DNA of 64,000 bases from the human T2T-CHM13v2.0 reference genome, Homo sapiens: the NCBI RefSeq assembly GCF_009914755.1, contig NC_060947.1, one strand, 5' to 3'. The position numbers were made by a program, and so were the translations under genes. Positions 1 to 14,819 of this stretch are shown piece after piece; the first letter of the stretch is position 1, and each line of letters opens with the position of its first letter. Under the pieces are notes generated by a model. The model had not been told where the DNA came from. It made no database searches and worked only from the letters and a program-made list of their open reading frames with translations.

Positions 1-913
1 GAAAGGAAGGCTGTTTAAGGAATAAATGGCTGAAATTTCCCTAAATCTGGAGAAATACAAAAACACCCAGGTTCAGGAAACTCAGAGTTTTCCAATCAAA
101 CTCATGCCAAAGAAAAGTTCACTAAGACACATCATAATCAAATTATCAAAAATCAAAGACAAATAAAGGATGCTGAAAGTCATAAGAGATAAGAAATATG
201 TTACATTCAAAGGAATTCCAATACAACTATCAGCAAGGTTTTCAGCAGAAAACCTGCAGGTCAGGAGAGATTCGGATAATATATTCAATGTGCTGAAGGA
301 ACAAAATTTTGTGAAATAATAATGCTTTAACCAGCAAAGCTGTCATTCAAAAATGAAAGAGAAATAAAAATTTGTCATGACAAACAAAAGCTAAGGGAGT
401 TTATTACCACTAGGCCTGCTTTACAGAAATTGCTGAGGGAGTTTTTAAAGCAAAATGAAAAACTGTTAATTAAATACAAAAAATAAATAAAAGTTAAAAA
501 CTCAATTGTATAAGTAATACATACTTATATTCAGAATTCTCTAATACCGTAAGGATGGTAGGTAAAGCAATTTTATTCCCACTATGAGAATTTAAAAAAT
601 CTATTAAAAATATAACTATAATAAATAGATAAGAATACAAATTACTATAAATAAATACATTTTGAAATCAAAATCATAAAAAGTGGGGAGGAGGAAGTAA
701 AAGTATAAAGTTTCTTATGTGGTTAAATCTCAGTTATTATCAATTTAAAATAGCCTGTTATGAATAGAAGATATTTTGTGTAAGCTCTCCTGGTAACCAC
801 AAAATCAAAACCTATAGAATCTACACAAAATATAAAAATAAAGGATTAAAAGCATACCACCACAGAAAACCATCAAATCACAAAAAGATGGGAAGAGAGG
901 AAGAAAGAGTTCA

Positions 914-1315
<402 letters not shown>

Positions 1316-1716
1316 TTACAAAATGGAAGTAGTAAATTCTTACCTATTATTGATTACCTTGAATATAAATAAATTAAATTCTCTAATTAAAAGACACAGT
1401 GTGTCTCAATGGATTTGTTTTTTTAAAAATCTAACTATGTGCTGTCTACAAGAAACTCACTTTACAAGTAAGTATACACATAGACTAAAATTGAAGAGAT
1501 GAAACGTTATTTCACACAAATGAAAAACAAAAGAGAGCAGAGGTACTTATATTAGACAAGATAGACTTTAAGTCATAAACTATGAAAAGAAACAGAAAGT
1601 AATTATATTTTGATAAATGATCAATTTACCAAGAGGGCATAATAATTGTAAATGTACACGCACTTAACATTGGAGCAACTAAGTACAAAGAGTAAGTATC
1701 AAAAGATCTGAAGTGA

Positions 1717-2139
<423 letters not shown>

Positions 2140-4487
2140 TTACACATTAGACCAAGTGAACCTAACAGACATATGCAAAACATTCCATCCAACCGCAGCA
2201 GAATACACATTCTTCTCAAGTTTACATGGAACATTCTTCAGGGAAAAAACGATTGAAATCATATAAAGTATCTTCTTGGATTACAATAGCATGAAACTAG
2301 CAATCAATAACTGGAAAATACTAAAATATGTGGAAATTAAACAACATGCTCCTAAACAGCTAATGGGTCACAGAAGAAATAAAAAAGGAAATAAAAAATA
2401 CTTCAAGACAAACCAAAATAGAGATAAATTTATAGAAATAATTGCCTATATCAAAAAGGAGAAAGACCTCAAATGAACAACACATTATACCTCAAGGAAC
2501 TAGAGAATAGAAGAGCAAGCTAAGCCCAAATTTAGCAGATGGAATAAAATAACTATCAGAGAAGAAATAAGTAGAATAGATACAGAAAAATATATGTGAA
2601 AAAAGTGAATGTAAGAGTTGGGTTTTCTTTTTTGAAAAGACAAACGAAATCAACAAAGCCTAAGCTAGTCTAAATTTAAAAATGGGAAAGATTGAAATAA
2701 ATAAAATCAGAAATAAGAAAGTAGATATTACAACCAACCAAAGAAATACAAAAGATCCTAAGAATCTACTATGAAAAATCATGTCAATAAATTGAATAAT
2801 ATAGAATAAATGGATGCATTTCTAGACACATACAACCTACCAAGACTGAATCTTGAAGAAATAGAAAACTTGAACAGAGCAATAATGAAAAAGAAGATTG
2901 AATCAGCAATAAAAATTCTCCCAACAATGAAAAGCCCAAGACCAAATATACTAGACAGAGATTGTAAGAAAAATAGCATGGTGCTAGCACAAAAACAGAC
3001 ACACCATACAATGCAAAAAGATACAAAGATATAAATCCCAGAAAATAACCCATGCATTTATGCTTAATTAATGTTTGACAACAGTCCAAAGAACACAATA
3101 TGGGAAAAGGACTGTCTCTTCAATAAATGATGCTAGCAAATCTGGTTATCCAAATGCAGAAGAATGAAATTGGATCATTATCTCCCACAATATAAAAATG
3201 TCAAATCAAGATTGATTAAAGACTTAAATATAAGACTTAAAACAATAAAAGTACCAGAAGAAAGAAGAAAGCATAGGTGAAAAGCTACATGACATTGGTC
3301 TGTGCAGTAAATTCTTGGATATAATTGCAAAGGCACAAGCAACAAAAGCAAAAATAAACAAATAGGATTGCGTCAAACTAAGTCTTCTGCATAGCAAAGG
3401 AAAAAACTGAGTGAATAGACAACCAACAGAATGAGACAAAAAATATTTGCAAACCATACATCCAATAAGGGGTTAAAATCCAAAACATTTAAGAAATTCA
3501 AACAACTCAATAGTGAAAAAAAATAAATAAACCAATTAAAATGTGGGTAAAGAAACAGAATAGACATTTCTCAAAAGAAGACATACAAATTACCAACAGG
3601 TACATGAAAAAAGCTCAACATAATTAAATATTAGAAAAATAAGAAGTAAAACCACAGTGAGGCATCACCTTCACACCTGTTAGAATGTCTTTTATAAAAA
3701 ACATGAAAGAAAATAAGTGTTGGCAAGGGTTCAAAGCGAGGGTAATTCTTGTTCATTTTTGGTGGGAATGGAAATTAATACAGCCATTGTCAAAAATGGT
3801 ATGGAGTTTCTTCAAAAAAAAAACTAAAAATAAAATTACCATATATTCCAGCTGATCCACTTCTGTGTATATATACAAAGGAATTGAAATCAGTGTGTCA
3901 GATATCTGCACTCCTATGTTAATTGCAGCATTATTTACTATAGTCAAGACAAGGAATCAATCTGTGTCTATTAGCAGATAAATTGATAAAGAAAATATGG
4001 TACACATACAAAATGAAATACTATTCATCCATAAAAAATAATGAAATCCTAATCATTTGTGACAATATTGATGAACCTGGAGAACATTATGCTAAGGGAA
4101 ATAAGCCAGACATAGAAAGACTTCATTATTTTACTTATATGAAAAATCTAAAAAATCTAAAAAAGTAGAAAGCAGAATGGTGGTTATTAGAGGCTGAGGA
4201 TGGGGGAATGAATAAGGAAGTTGTTGGTCATAGGATACGAAGTTTCAGATAGAAAGAATAAGTTCTGATATCTGTTGCACAGCCGAATGATTATAGTCAA
4301 CAATAATGTACCATATATTTCAAAATAACTAAAAGAGTAAATTTTAAATGGCTCATCACAAAAAATAAGTGATGTAATGGGTGTGTTAATTACTTTGATT
4401 TAATTATTCCACAATGTATGCAAGTATCAAAACATCACTTTGTACCCCAAAAATGTATACAATTATTATTTGTCAATTAAAATAATA

Positions 4488-4946
4488 CAGATGCTTCTTG
4501 ACTTATCATGGGGTTATGTCCTGATAAACCCATCATAAGCTGAAAACATCCAAGTCAAAAATGCATTTCAGCTAGTGTACTGAACATCATAGCTTGTCTA
4601 GTGTAATTTAAACACTCTCAGAACACTTACAGTAGCCTACTATTGAGCAAAAGCATCTACTCCAAAGCCTGTTTTGTCATAAAGTGTTGATTATCTCCTG
4701 TAATTTATTGAGTACAGTACTCTGTATAGTATTGGTTGTTTAGCCTCATGATTACATGGCTGACTGGGAGGTGTGGCTCACTGCTGCTGCCAAGCATCAT
4801 AAAAGAGTATTGTACTGCATATCACTAACCCAGGAAAATGTCAAACTTAAAAATTTTGTATGCTTTCTGCTGAATGCATATCAATTTTGCACCATCATAA
4901 AGTTGAAAAATCATAAGTCAAACCATCATAAGTTGGGGACCATCTA
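4488..4946. mobile_element. MER47/Tigger5-family DNA transposon (TcMar-Tigger)
   Basis: Terminal inverted repeats cagatgcttcttgacttatcatgg … ccatcataagttggggaccatcta flanked by TA on both sides. Confidence 0.85.
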
Positions 4947-5554
4947 TATTAATTTTTTAAAAACTTTGAAGTCCCACCCCACACCCCCCAAAATGATGCT
5001 TTTATTTATTATAAGAGACATTTTCCATTACCCAGGGTATAATAAAAATCTCAATTACTAGGATAATTGGCTCTGTCTTTAATTTTGATAAGTGCTCAGT
5101 GTGACACCAAGAGTCACTTCTTCAGTGGTGAATACTTTTGGGCTGAGTCTGGTAGCCACTTATACCAAAAATCCATTGGTGTACATTTACCAGTCCATTC
5201 AGTCCAAAGGCTCCAGAGAGCAAATGTTTGGGTGGTTGAAACTTCTAATTGTAAGTCTTGCCCTCAGGGAACTAGTGTGAAAACAAAAGCTATGGCTTCT
5301 TTTAGTTTATCTAATGCCTGTTTTTGTTCAAGAAACCACTAAATAGTAGAAGACTTACAGATGACTCAATAGAATGGAACCAACAAACATCAGAGGTGAG
5401 GAACAGCTTGGTGCTTGAATCCAAACATTTCTACCAAATATTGGCGCTATTTTATCAATGTGGGAGGTAGAAATGCTGGGAGCTTGTGTTTTGCCAGATT
5501 GAGAAAAATTCACATTTCCGAGTTTTAAGAGTAGCCCCATAATTTATCTACTGC

Positions 5555-5783
5555 ACAGCCTTAACTTTCAGGCCTGCCTCTAATTTCCACCTGTGGCAGG
5601 GTTCTGCCCACATGAAAATTCAGTGGTAGATGAAGTAGGACTTTTCCAACACAAAGTAGTTTGAGTGCCAGAAAATATAAAATATCAGAGGTGCTTTCTG
5701 GAGCCTTGGACCCAATGGACTGGTAAATGTACACCCATGGGTTTTTGGTATAAGTGGCTAGATCTGTTGGACAGGGATACCCA
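5555..5783. repeat. Left arm of ~229 bp inverted repeat (partner 6588-6816)
   Basis: Reverse complement of 6588-6816; both give MPENIKYQRCFLEPWTQWTGK…WLDLLDR on opposite strands in the ORF track. Confidence 0.95.
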
Positions 5784-6587
5784 AGGGAAGAGTCTTCTAC
5801 ATCCTGCAGAACAATTGCCCATGTCTTCTCAGTATTTCTTCAGGGTTGTGATGTCCTGTGAGACAGATTTTTGGCCAGGTTCAGCGACTAAGTTGCCATT
5901 AATATAATGGCAAAACTAAGCTTCTGATAGGGGTGTGGGGCAGGCATTTAGGCCCTGTTGGCAAAGCTTACACGCAATTCCTAGGTTACTTGAGTTTTCC
6001 ATAAGAAATTAGGAAAATGTGTACTGTTGACCTTCAAATTTGAAGAGAAGCTGTGGTTGACTCTTTGAAATTTTTACTAAATAGAACATGTAAGTCAAGT
6101 CTATAACTCCAAACTATTTACACGTGTTCTTTTGAATGGCATTCATTAAGGTGACAATATCTGGTAGAAGTACTCTAATAAAGGAAACAGCCTTGTTAAA
6201 TCTCTATAGTCTACAGTTACCCACCACCATGTAGTGACTTTAAGCACAGGCCATCATGAAAACTTGACAAGTGAGGTAGTAGGAATTAATACTCCTTTTT
6301 TTAGTTAAGTTGTCTATGAGGGATTCTATGCTTCAGTGTCTTGCCTTATCCAGTACTGTGGCATGTTTACCACCAATACCAATAGGGCAAGGTTAGCTGA
6401 ATTCTATCAGTCAGTGTCCATCAATAGCAAAAATCATTTTTCCATGAGGTTACCTGCTTCCTGAGGATGTCCATTCCAATTTTAATAGTTAAGCAGGTAA
6501 TTACCCAATTTATTATCCTCCTCCAAAGCCAGTCATCCCGTGAGGGCGTTCCTTTAAAGCATGGATACTTTCTGGGATTAGGGAGAT

Positions 6588-6816
6588 TTGCGTACCCCTG
6601 TCCAACAGATCTAGCCACTTATACCAAAAACCTATGGGTGTATATTTACCAGTCCATTGGGTCCAAGGCTCCAGGAAGCACCTCTGATATTTTATATTTT
6701 CTGGCACTCAAACTACTTTGTGTTGGAAAAGTCCTACTTCATCTACCACTGAATTTTCATGTGGGCAGAACCCTGCCACAGGTGGAAATTAGAGGCAGGC
6801 CTGAAAGTTAAGACTG
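6588..6816. repeat. Right arm of ~229 bp inverted repeat (partner 5555-5783)
   Basis: Direct base comparison, e.g. gaggcaggcctgaaagttaag vs cttaactttcaggcctgcctc. Confidence 0.95.
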
Positions 6817-7449
6817 CATCTGAAGGAGAAGCCTGCTGAAGATTGTCCACTAACCCTAACAGGTACTGTAATTGTTCATTTATCAGAGTTCTTCCAATTT
6901 GGGTCCCCCTTTGTTCCTTAAGGATCTCTATAACCTCTTTTATTCATCTCGAGGTTCATGCTTAAGTGGAGGCCTGACTACAGTTGTTTTGTTTGACCTA
7001 AGAGTGAGATAACCACACTGTTTACAGAAATTTTGATTTAGGCCAATTGGGGTACTGTTTGGAGAATTAACAGGCAACAGTTGACTCTGAGTTTGCCTTT
7101 CATGAGTTTCTATCAAATTCAGGGCATCCATTGCCTGTTGAATTGTTTCAGTATTAGCCATGATTGCCAGTAAAGAGAGCTTATACTTGTCAGAAGCACC
7201 CTCACCAAAAAACAAACAAACAAAAAAACAACTGAATGGACTCAGGACTCAATTCAGCCTCCTCCAGATTTGCCATGACCTCATGCTTCATGCCATCTGT
7301 TATCTGATAAGCCCATTTAAACCCAGCTGGTGGAGGAAATCTTTTGCCTTAGCTAATGATTTATATTGACAGTTTGACCAGCCTAATGGTATGAGGACTA
7401 AGGCAAGATGAACAGCCCTATAAGCCTTAAATTTTTCATCAGTTGAATG

Positions 7450-7645
7450 CATAGAAGTAGAAAGTAGAATGGTGATTGCCAGGGGCTGAAGCGGGGAGGG
7501 AGATTGGGGAGACGTTGCTCTATGGATATAAAATTCAGTCAGGAGGAATAAGTTTGTGAAATCTACTGTACAATGTGGTGACTATAGTTAATAACAATGT
7601 ATTGTATTCTTAAAAATTGCTGAGAAAATAGATTGTGTTCTTACC
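7450..7645 (+). mobile_element. L1MA/L1MB 3' UTR fragment inserted in the ERV
   Basis: agtagaatggtgattgccagggg…gtgactatagttaataacaatgtattgtattc, similar to the L1 3' UTR at 4165-4360. Confidence 0.7.
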
Positions 7646-7656
7646 ACACACACACA

Positions 7657-7697
<41 letters not shown>
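7645..7697. repeat. (CA)n microsatellite
   Basis: Visible CA run with one interruption. Confidence 0.97.
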
Positions 7698-7699
<2 letters not shown>

Positions 7700-8900
7700 A
7701 AAAAGAAAAAAATCCACATCAACAAGTTGTATGCAGATTGGGGTTAAAAATCTCTGTGAGTCATTTCCACTTCTCACAATAACTGTGCAGGATTTATTAG
7801 TAAGGAAACCACTTTTCCATTCTTTACTATGGCAATGAATCATTAAATTTAAGCTCCCATTGGTGAAGCTTGCTCCTCACCGGATACATTCCCTATAACC
7901 AGGCAGCCACTTTTTAACTTGACTCCAAAGTTATTAAGGAAAGATTGGGCCTCACAGTGAGAGAGATAATGTCCTATTTCTCCAACTGAGAACCAATCTC
8001 TTCTTGTGCCTTTTTTGCCTTTTCTATCTTTCTTACTCTGCTGTTGATTACAACAGAACAGAAAGTAAATTATTCTCATCACTATCATGGTGATAACGTG
8101 CTGCATTTTGCTCTAGAGAATAAAATTCTTTTTCTCTGGAGTCCTGTTCTTCATCTGGTCTCTCATAGGAATTCAAGATTCTACCTCATCTCCAGGGAGT
8201 GTCCTGGTAAGAAGGAGCCTCTAGCAGATTTCACTATATATCTGGTCCTTTGGATCATCTGTTCAGTTAGATATCTACCTCTTTGGAGACCTGGGAGGGA
8301 CTGCAATAAAAACTTCCATTTCTTTTGTTATTATAAGTAACATTTTAGCTGGCCGAGCCCTAGCACTGGGGGCTCAATATCCCTTGGGGATATAGGACTA
8401 GAATGATGCTATCTGGGACAGAAGGTCCAAGTACAACAGTAGCAGAGGCAAGCTAACTATTTACAAAATTTTTTTTCCCAATTGCACTTAGGAGGCTAGC
8501 CTCAGCCTTACATCTCAGACTTATTGTCTTGTTTACCTACCACAGAAGTCCACAGGAATAAGGATCTCCTCTCACCTTGTAGTACCTCAAATGACCATCC
8601 CTAATGCAGAGAGTTTCTTCACCCATAGCCCATTATTCAGAGGTGTGTACTCCATCCCTTTTTTATTTAGGCCTACAGGTTTTATAATGTCCAGTGCCTG
8701 CCTAGTGGGAGATTCAGACAGGCAGGCTGACCTTCCCAGGAATCTACGTGTCTCTGATCCCCCAAAATCAGTTCCAACAGTGTGGGTTAATACATATTCT
8801 GGTGCTACAACTTGGCTAGGCTAATGGAAAGACCATAAAAATATAGAAAGCAGTACAGCACTGAGGATGCTATGTCAAATTAATATTGAGGCATTCTGAG

Positions 8901-9058
8901 TTTTCTTTTGAAACAGGGTGTCACTTTGCTGCTCAGGCTGAATTATGTAGTGGCATGATCATGGATCATTGCAGCTTCCAACTCCTGGGCTCAAGCGATC
9001 CTTCTGCTTCAGCCTCCCAAGTAGTGAGGACTACAGGCATGAGCCACCACATCCAACT
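8901..9058 (-). mobile_element. Alu monomer (FAM/FRAM/AluJ-type fragment)
   Basis: gaaacagggtgtcac…ctcctgggctcaagcgatcc…gagccaccac. Confidence 0.8.
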
Positions 9059-9170
9059 AATTCTCAAATTTCAGTCCCAACTACTTAAGTCTTTCCAAGA
9101 TCATTTTGCCAAATAATTGTTCTACTGACTGAACCTCATCACCAAATCCTCCCCTTTTCTCTCCATCACT

Positions 9171-9976
9171 TATAGTGAGATTCAGGGAATATTAGAGATA
9201 TCAAGAAAAAAATGAACATGAGATGGTAGTAGCACATAATAAGCTTTATTTGGGCAAACTTTGCCAAGTTTTTATGCAGGAAGTGCAAAGATTAGAGGGG
9301 TAAAAGGAAATGTTTGTTATACCATGAGATCTTCTAAGCAGGGGTGTCCAATCTTTTCACTTCCTTGGGCAACATTGGAAACAGAAGAATTGTCTTGGGC
9401 CACACATAAAATACACTAACATTAATGATAGCTGATGATCTAAAAAAAAACTCATAATGTTTTAAGAAAGTTTATGAATTTGTATTGGGCTTCATTCAAA
9501 GCCATCTTGGGCTGCAGGCAGCCCATGGGCCACAGGTTAGACAAGCCTGTTCTAGAGGCTGTCAGTGAAGGAAGAGGAAGGGAACCAACTAGAAGGGGAA
9601 AGGGCAAGGGAAGTCCTGGGGAAGATGGGAATTTAAAAGGCTGCTTATGTCCCTAGGTGATGTTACTCAGAAACGTGATGGGAAATCTCTGGGTTACAGA
9701 GCTCTGAAGGGCAGCAGTGGCTTGGAGTCTTCTTGCACTAGGGTTTTTCTTACTTATGACTAGCAGATGTTTGGTGTAGTTTCATAGGGCCTGTAAAGCA
9801 TCTAGCCTCTAAATGGTTAAGATATGCTTATTTGAGTTATATTTGAAATAACTGGATATATAAAACTTTGATTTTTTTCACCAATGGGGTTTTGAGCTAA
9901 TGGAACCTGACCTGCTCTGAAGAGGTACACAACAGGAGCAAAACACAGAGGACATCTTTGGCTTATTTATATAAAA
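9171..9976 (-). mobile_element. ERVL-class LTR (5' LTR of the minus-strand provirus half), interrupted by MER30
   Basis: Reverse complement aligns with the LTR at 23675-24853 (shared blocks ccatttagaggct, actgctgcccttcagag, agccaaagat); minus-strand AATAAA at ~9246-9251. Confidence 0.8.
9339..9549 (+). mobile_element. MER30 (hAT-Charlie MITE)
   Basis: caggggtgtccaatctttt…ggttagacaagcctg TIRs; target resembling NTCTAGAN (ttctagag) on the right. Confidence 0.88.
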
Positions 9977-10077
9977 GATACAATAGCATTAAGATGTGGA
10001 AAAAATGTAGTTTAAATGTTCTAAGATCCTTGCAATATCTAGGACATGGTGAAAGTACCAATTGAAATTAGTCAATA
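9977..10077 (+). mobile_element. Ancient L1ME-like inter-ORF fragment (flank of ERV insertion)
   Basis: aatagcattaagatg…aatgttctaagatccttgc…aaagtaccaatt resembles recalled L1ME sequence and appears to continue the fragment at 24854+. Confidence 0.55.
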
Positions 10078-11622
10078 AGCAGTTCTTGTAGTGCTAAAAG
10101 GAGCTCTAACTCTTGAAACAAATCCTGGAAACAAATTAAAACAGAACCTCTTTAACACATAAATCTCACAGGACCTATAAAAATACAATTTAAAAATCCC
10201 CAAGGTATACAGCAACCAACAGCACGATGAATGTATTAGTACTTCACATCTCAATACTAACATTGAATGTAAATGGCCTAAATGTCCCATTTAAAAGATA
10301 CAGAATGGCAGAATGGATAAGAATTTATCAACCAAGTATCTGCTGCTTTCAACAGACTCACCTAACACATAAGGACTCACATAAACTTAAGGTAAAAAGG
10401 TAGAAAAAAAATTCCATGCAAATAAACACCAAAGACAGTCAGGAGTAGCTATTCATATATTAGATGAAACAAACTTTAAAGCAAAAGCAGTTTAAAAAAA
10501 AGACAAAGAAGGACATTATATAATAATAAGAGGCCTTGTCCAACAGGAAAATATCACAATCCTAAATATATATTCACCTAATACTAGAGATCCCAAATTT
10601 ATAAAACAATTACTACTTAATCTAAGAAATGAGATAGCAACACAATAATAGTGGGGGACTTCAATACTCCACTGACAGTGCTAGACAGGTCATGAAAGCA
10701 GGAAGTAAACAAAGAAACAATGGATTTAAACTATACCCTGGAACAAATGGACTTAACAGATATTTACAGAACATTCTACCCAACAACCACAGAATATACA
10801 TTCTATTGATCAGCGCATGGAGCTTTCTCTGAAATAGACCATATGATAGCCCACAAAACAAATCTCAATAAATTTTTTAAAATTGAAATTATATCCAGTG
10901 CTCTCTCAGACCGAAGTGGAATAAAACTGGAAATAAACTCCAAAAGGAACCTTCAAACCCATGCAAATACATGGAAATTAAATGACCTGTTTCTGAATGA
11001 TCATTGGGTCCACAATGAAATCAAGATGGAAATTAAAAAATTCTTCGAGCTTAACAAGAATAGTGACAAAACCTATCAAAATTGCTGGGATACAGCAAAG
11101 GCGGTCCTAAGGGGAAAGTTCATAGTCCTAAATGCCTATCTCAAAAAGTCTGAAAAAGAACAAATACAGAATCTAAGGTCACACCTTAAGGAACTAGAGA
11201 AACAAGAACAAACCAAAACCTGAATCCAGCAGAAGAAAGAAAAGAACCAAGATTAGAGCAGAACTAAATGAAATTGAAACAAAAAAAATAGAAAAAATAA
11301 ATAAAACAAAAAGCTGTTTTTTGAAATAATACATAAAATTGATAGACCATTAGAAAAATTAACCGAGAAAAGAAGAGAGAGGATTAAAATAAGCTCAATT
11401 AGAAACAAAATGGGAGATATTACAACCAACACCACAGAAATACAAAAGATCACTAAAGGCTACTATGAACACCTTTATGTGCATAAACTAGAATACCTAG
11501 AGGAGATGAATAAATTCCTGAAAAAATACAATCCTTCTAGCTTAAATCAGGAAGAATTAGAAATCCTGAACAGACCAATAACAAGCAGCCAGATTGAACT
11601 GGTAATTAAGAAATTACCAACA

Positions 11623-12250
<628 letters not shown>

Positions 12251-14404
12251 AAATTACCAACAAAAAAAGGTCCAGAACCAGATGAATTCACAGCTGAATT
12301 CTTCCAGAGACTCAAAGAAGGAGTGGTACCAATCCTATTGACACTATTCCACATGATAGAGAAAGAGGAAATCCTCCCTAAATCATTCTATGAAGCCAGC
12401 ATCACCCTAATACCAAAAGCAGTGAAGGACATAACAAAAAAAAATGACAAACCAGTACCCCTGATAAACACAGATGCAAAAATCCTTAACAAAACACTAG
12501 CTAAACGAATCTAACAGCATATCAAAAATATAATCCACCATGATCAAGAGAGTTTCACACCAGGGATGCAGGGATGGTTTAACATATGCAAGTCAATAAA
12601 TGTGATACACCACATAAACAGAATTTAAAAAATTACATAATCATCTCCATAGATGGAGAAAAAGCATTTGACAAATCTTAGCATACATTTGCGGTTAAAA
12701 TCCTCAAAAAAGTCGGCATACAAAGGACATACTTCAGTGTAATAAAAGTCATCTATGACAAACCCACAGCCAACATAATATTGAATGGGGAAAAGTAGAA
12801 AGCATTCCCTTTCAGAAACGGAACAAGACAAGGATGCCCACTCTCACCACTTCTATTCAACATAGTACTGGAAGTCCTAGCCAGAACAATCAAACAAGAA
12901 AAAGAAATAAAGGACATCCAAATAGGTAAAGAGAAAGTCAAACTGTTGCTGTTTACTGATGACATAATTGTATACCTAGAAAACTCTAAAGACTCATCAA
13001 AAAGCTCCTAGAACTGATAAATGAATTCATCAAAGTTTCAGGACAGAAAATTAATGTATAAAAATCAGTAGCTCTGCTATATACAACAGCGATGAAGCTG
13101 AGAATCAAATCAAGAACTCAACCCCTTTTACAGTAGCTGCCAAAGAATAAAATACTTAAGAATTCACCTAACGAAGGAGGTGAAAGACCTCTACAAGAAA
13201 AACTACAAAACACTGCTGAAAGAAATAATAGATGACACAAATAAATGGAAACACATCCTATGCCCATGGATAGGTAGAATCAATATTGTGAAAATGACCA
13301 TACTGCCAAAAGCAGTCTATGAATTCAATGTAATTCCCATCAAAATACCACCATCATTCTTCACAGAACTAGAAAAAACAATCCTAAAAATCACATGGAA
13401 CCAGAAAAAGAGCCTGCATAGCAAAGGGAAGACTAAGCAAAAAGAACAAATCTGCAGGCATCACACTACCTGACTTCAAACTACACTATTAGTCCATAGT
13501 CACCCAAACAGCATGGGACTGGCATAAAAATAAGCACATAGACCAATGAAACAAAATGGGACTGGTATAAAAATAAGCACATAGATCACTGAAACAGAAT
13601 AGAGAACCCAGAAATAAACCTAAATACTTACAGCCAAACTGATCTTCAGGAAACCAAAAAAAAAAGAAAAAAAAAAGCTAAGTGGAAAAAAGACACCCTA
13701 TTTAAAAAATTATTCCAAGATAATTAGCAAGCCACATATAGAAGAATAAAACTGGATCCTCATCTCTCACCTTATACAAAAATCAACTCAAGATGAATCA
13801 AGAACTTAAATCTATGACTTGAAAATATAAAAATTATGGAAGATAACATCAGAAAGACCCTTGTAGACATTGGCTTAGAAAAAGATTTCATGACCAGGGA
13901 CCCAAAAGCAAATGCTATACAAAAATCATCTGAAGACGGATCAAGGACTTAAATCTATGACTTGAAAATATAAAAATTCTAGAAGACAACATCAGAAGGA
14001 CCCTTCTAGACATTGGCTTAAAAACATCACTAATGATCAGGGAAATGCAAATTAAAACCATAATGTGATACCACCTTACTCCAACAAGAATGGCCATAAT
14101 GAAAAAATAAAAAAATAATAGATATTGGCATAGATGCAGTGGAAAGGGAACACTTCTACATTGCTGCTGGGAATGTAAACTAGTACAAACACTATGGGAT
14201 ACAGTGTGAAGATTCCTTAAAGAACTAAAAGTAGAAGTACCATTTGATACAGCAATCCCCCTACTAGGTATCTACCCACAGGAAAATCAGCCATTATACA
14301 AGAAAGATACTTCCACATGCATGTTTATAGCAGTACAATTTGCAATTGAAAAAACATGGAACCAGCCCAAATGCCCACCAATCAATGAGTGGATAAAGAA
14401 ACTG

Positions 14405-14406
<2 letters not shown>

Positions 14407-14447
<41 letters not shown>
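14407..14447. repeat. (AT)n microsatellite
   Basis: Perfect AT run. Confidence 0.97.
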
Positions 14448-14451
<4 letters not shown>

Positions 14452-14819
14452 TGAATACTACACAGCCATAAAAAAGAATGAATTAATGGCATTTGCAGCA
14501 ACCTGGATGGAATTGGAGACTATTATTCTAAGTGAAGTAACTCAGGAATGAAAAACCAAACATTAAATGTTCTCTCTCATAAGTGGGAGCAAAGCTATGA
14601 TGATGCAAAAGCATAAGAATGATACAACGGGAGGGTGGAGCCAAGATGGCCAAATAGAAACAGCTCCAGTCTACAGCTCCCAGCATGAACAACAGAGAAG
14701 ATGGGTGATTTCTGCATTTCCAACTGAGGTACCGGGGTCATCTCACTGGTGAGTGTCAGACAGTGGGTGCAGAACAGTGGGTGCAGTGCACTGAGCATGA
14801 GCCGAAGTAGGGCAAGGCA

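Larger units (their letters stand above)
5015..9170 (-). mobile_element. ERVL-class (class III) endogenous retrovirus internal region: leader/gag-protease-RT-RT/RNaseH connection, heavily decayed
   Basis: Minus-strand translations: protease LLDRGTQISLIP (~6575-6610), RT WWVTVDYRDL (~6195-6228), IDLTYMFY (~6080-6104), FEGQQYTF (~6016-6042), degenerate YxDD HYINGN (~5892-5909), connection WSLWT…FWYKWLPDSAQKYSPL (~5125-5215). Confidence 0.8.
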
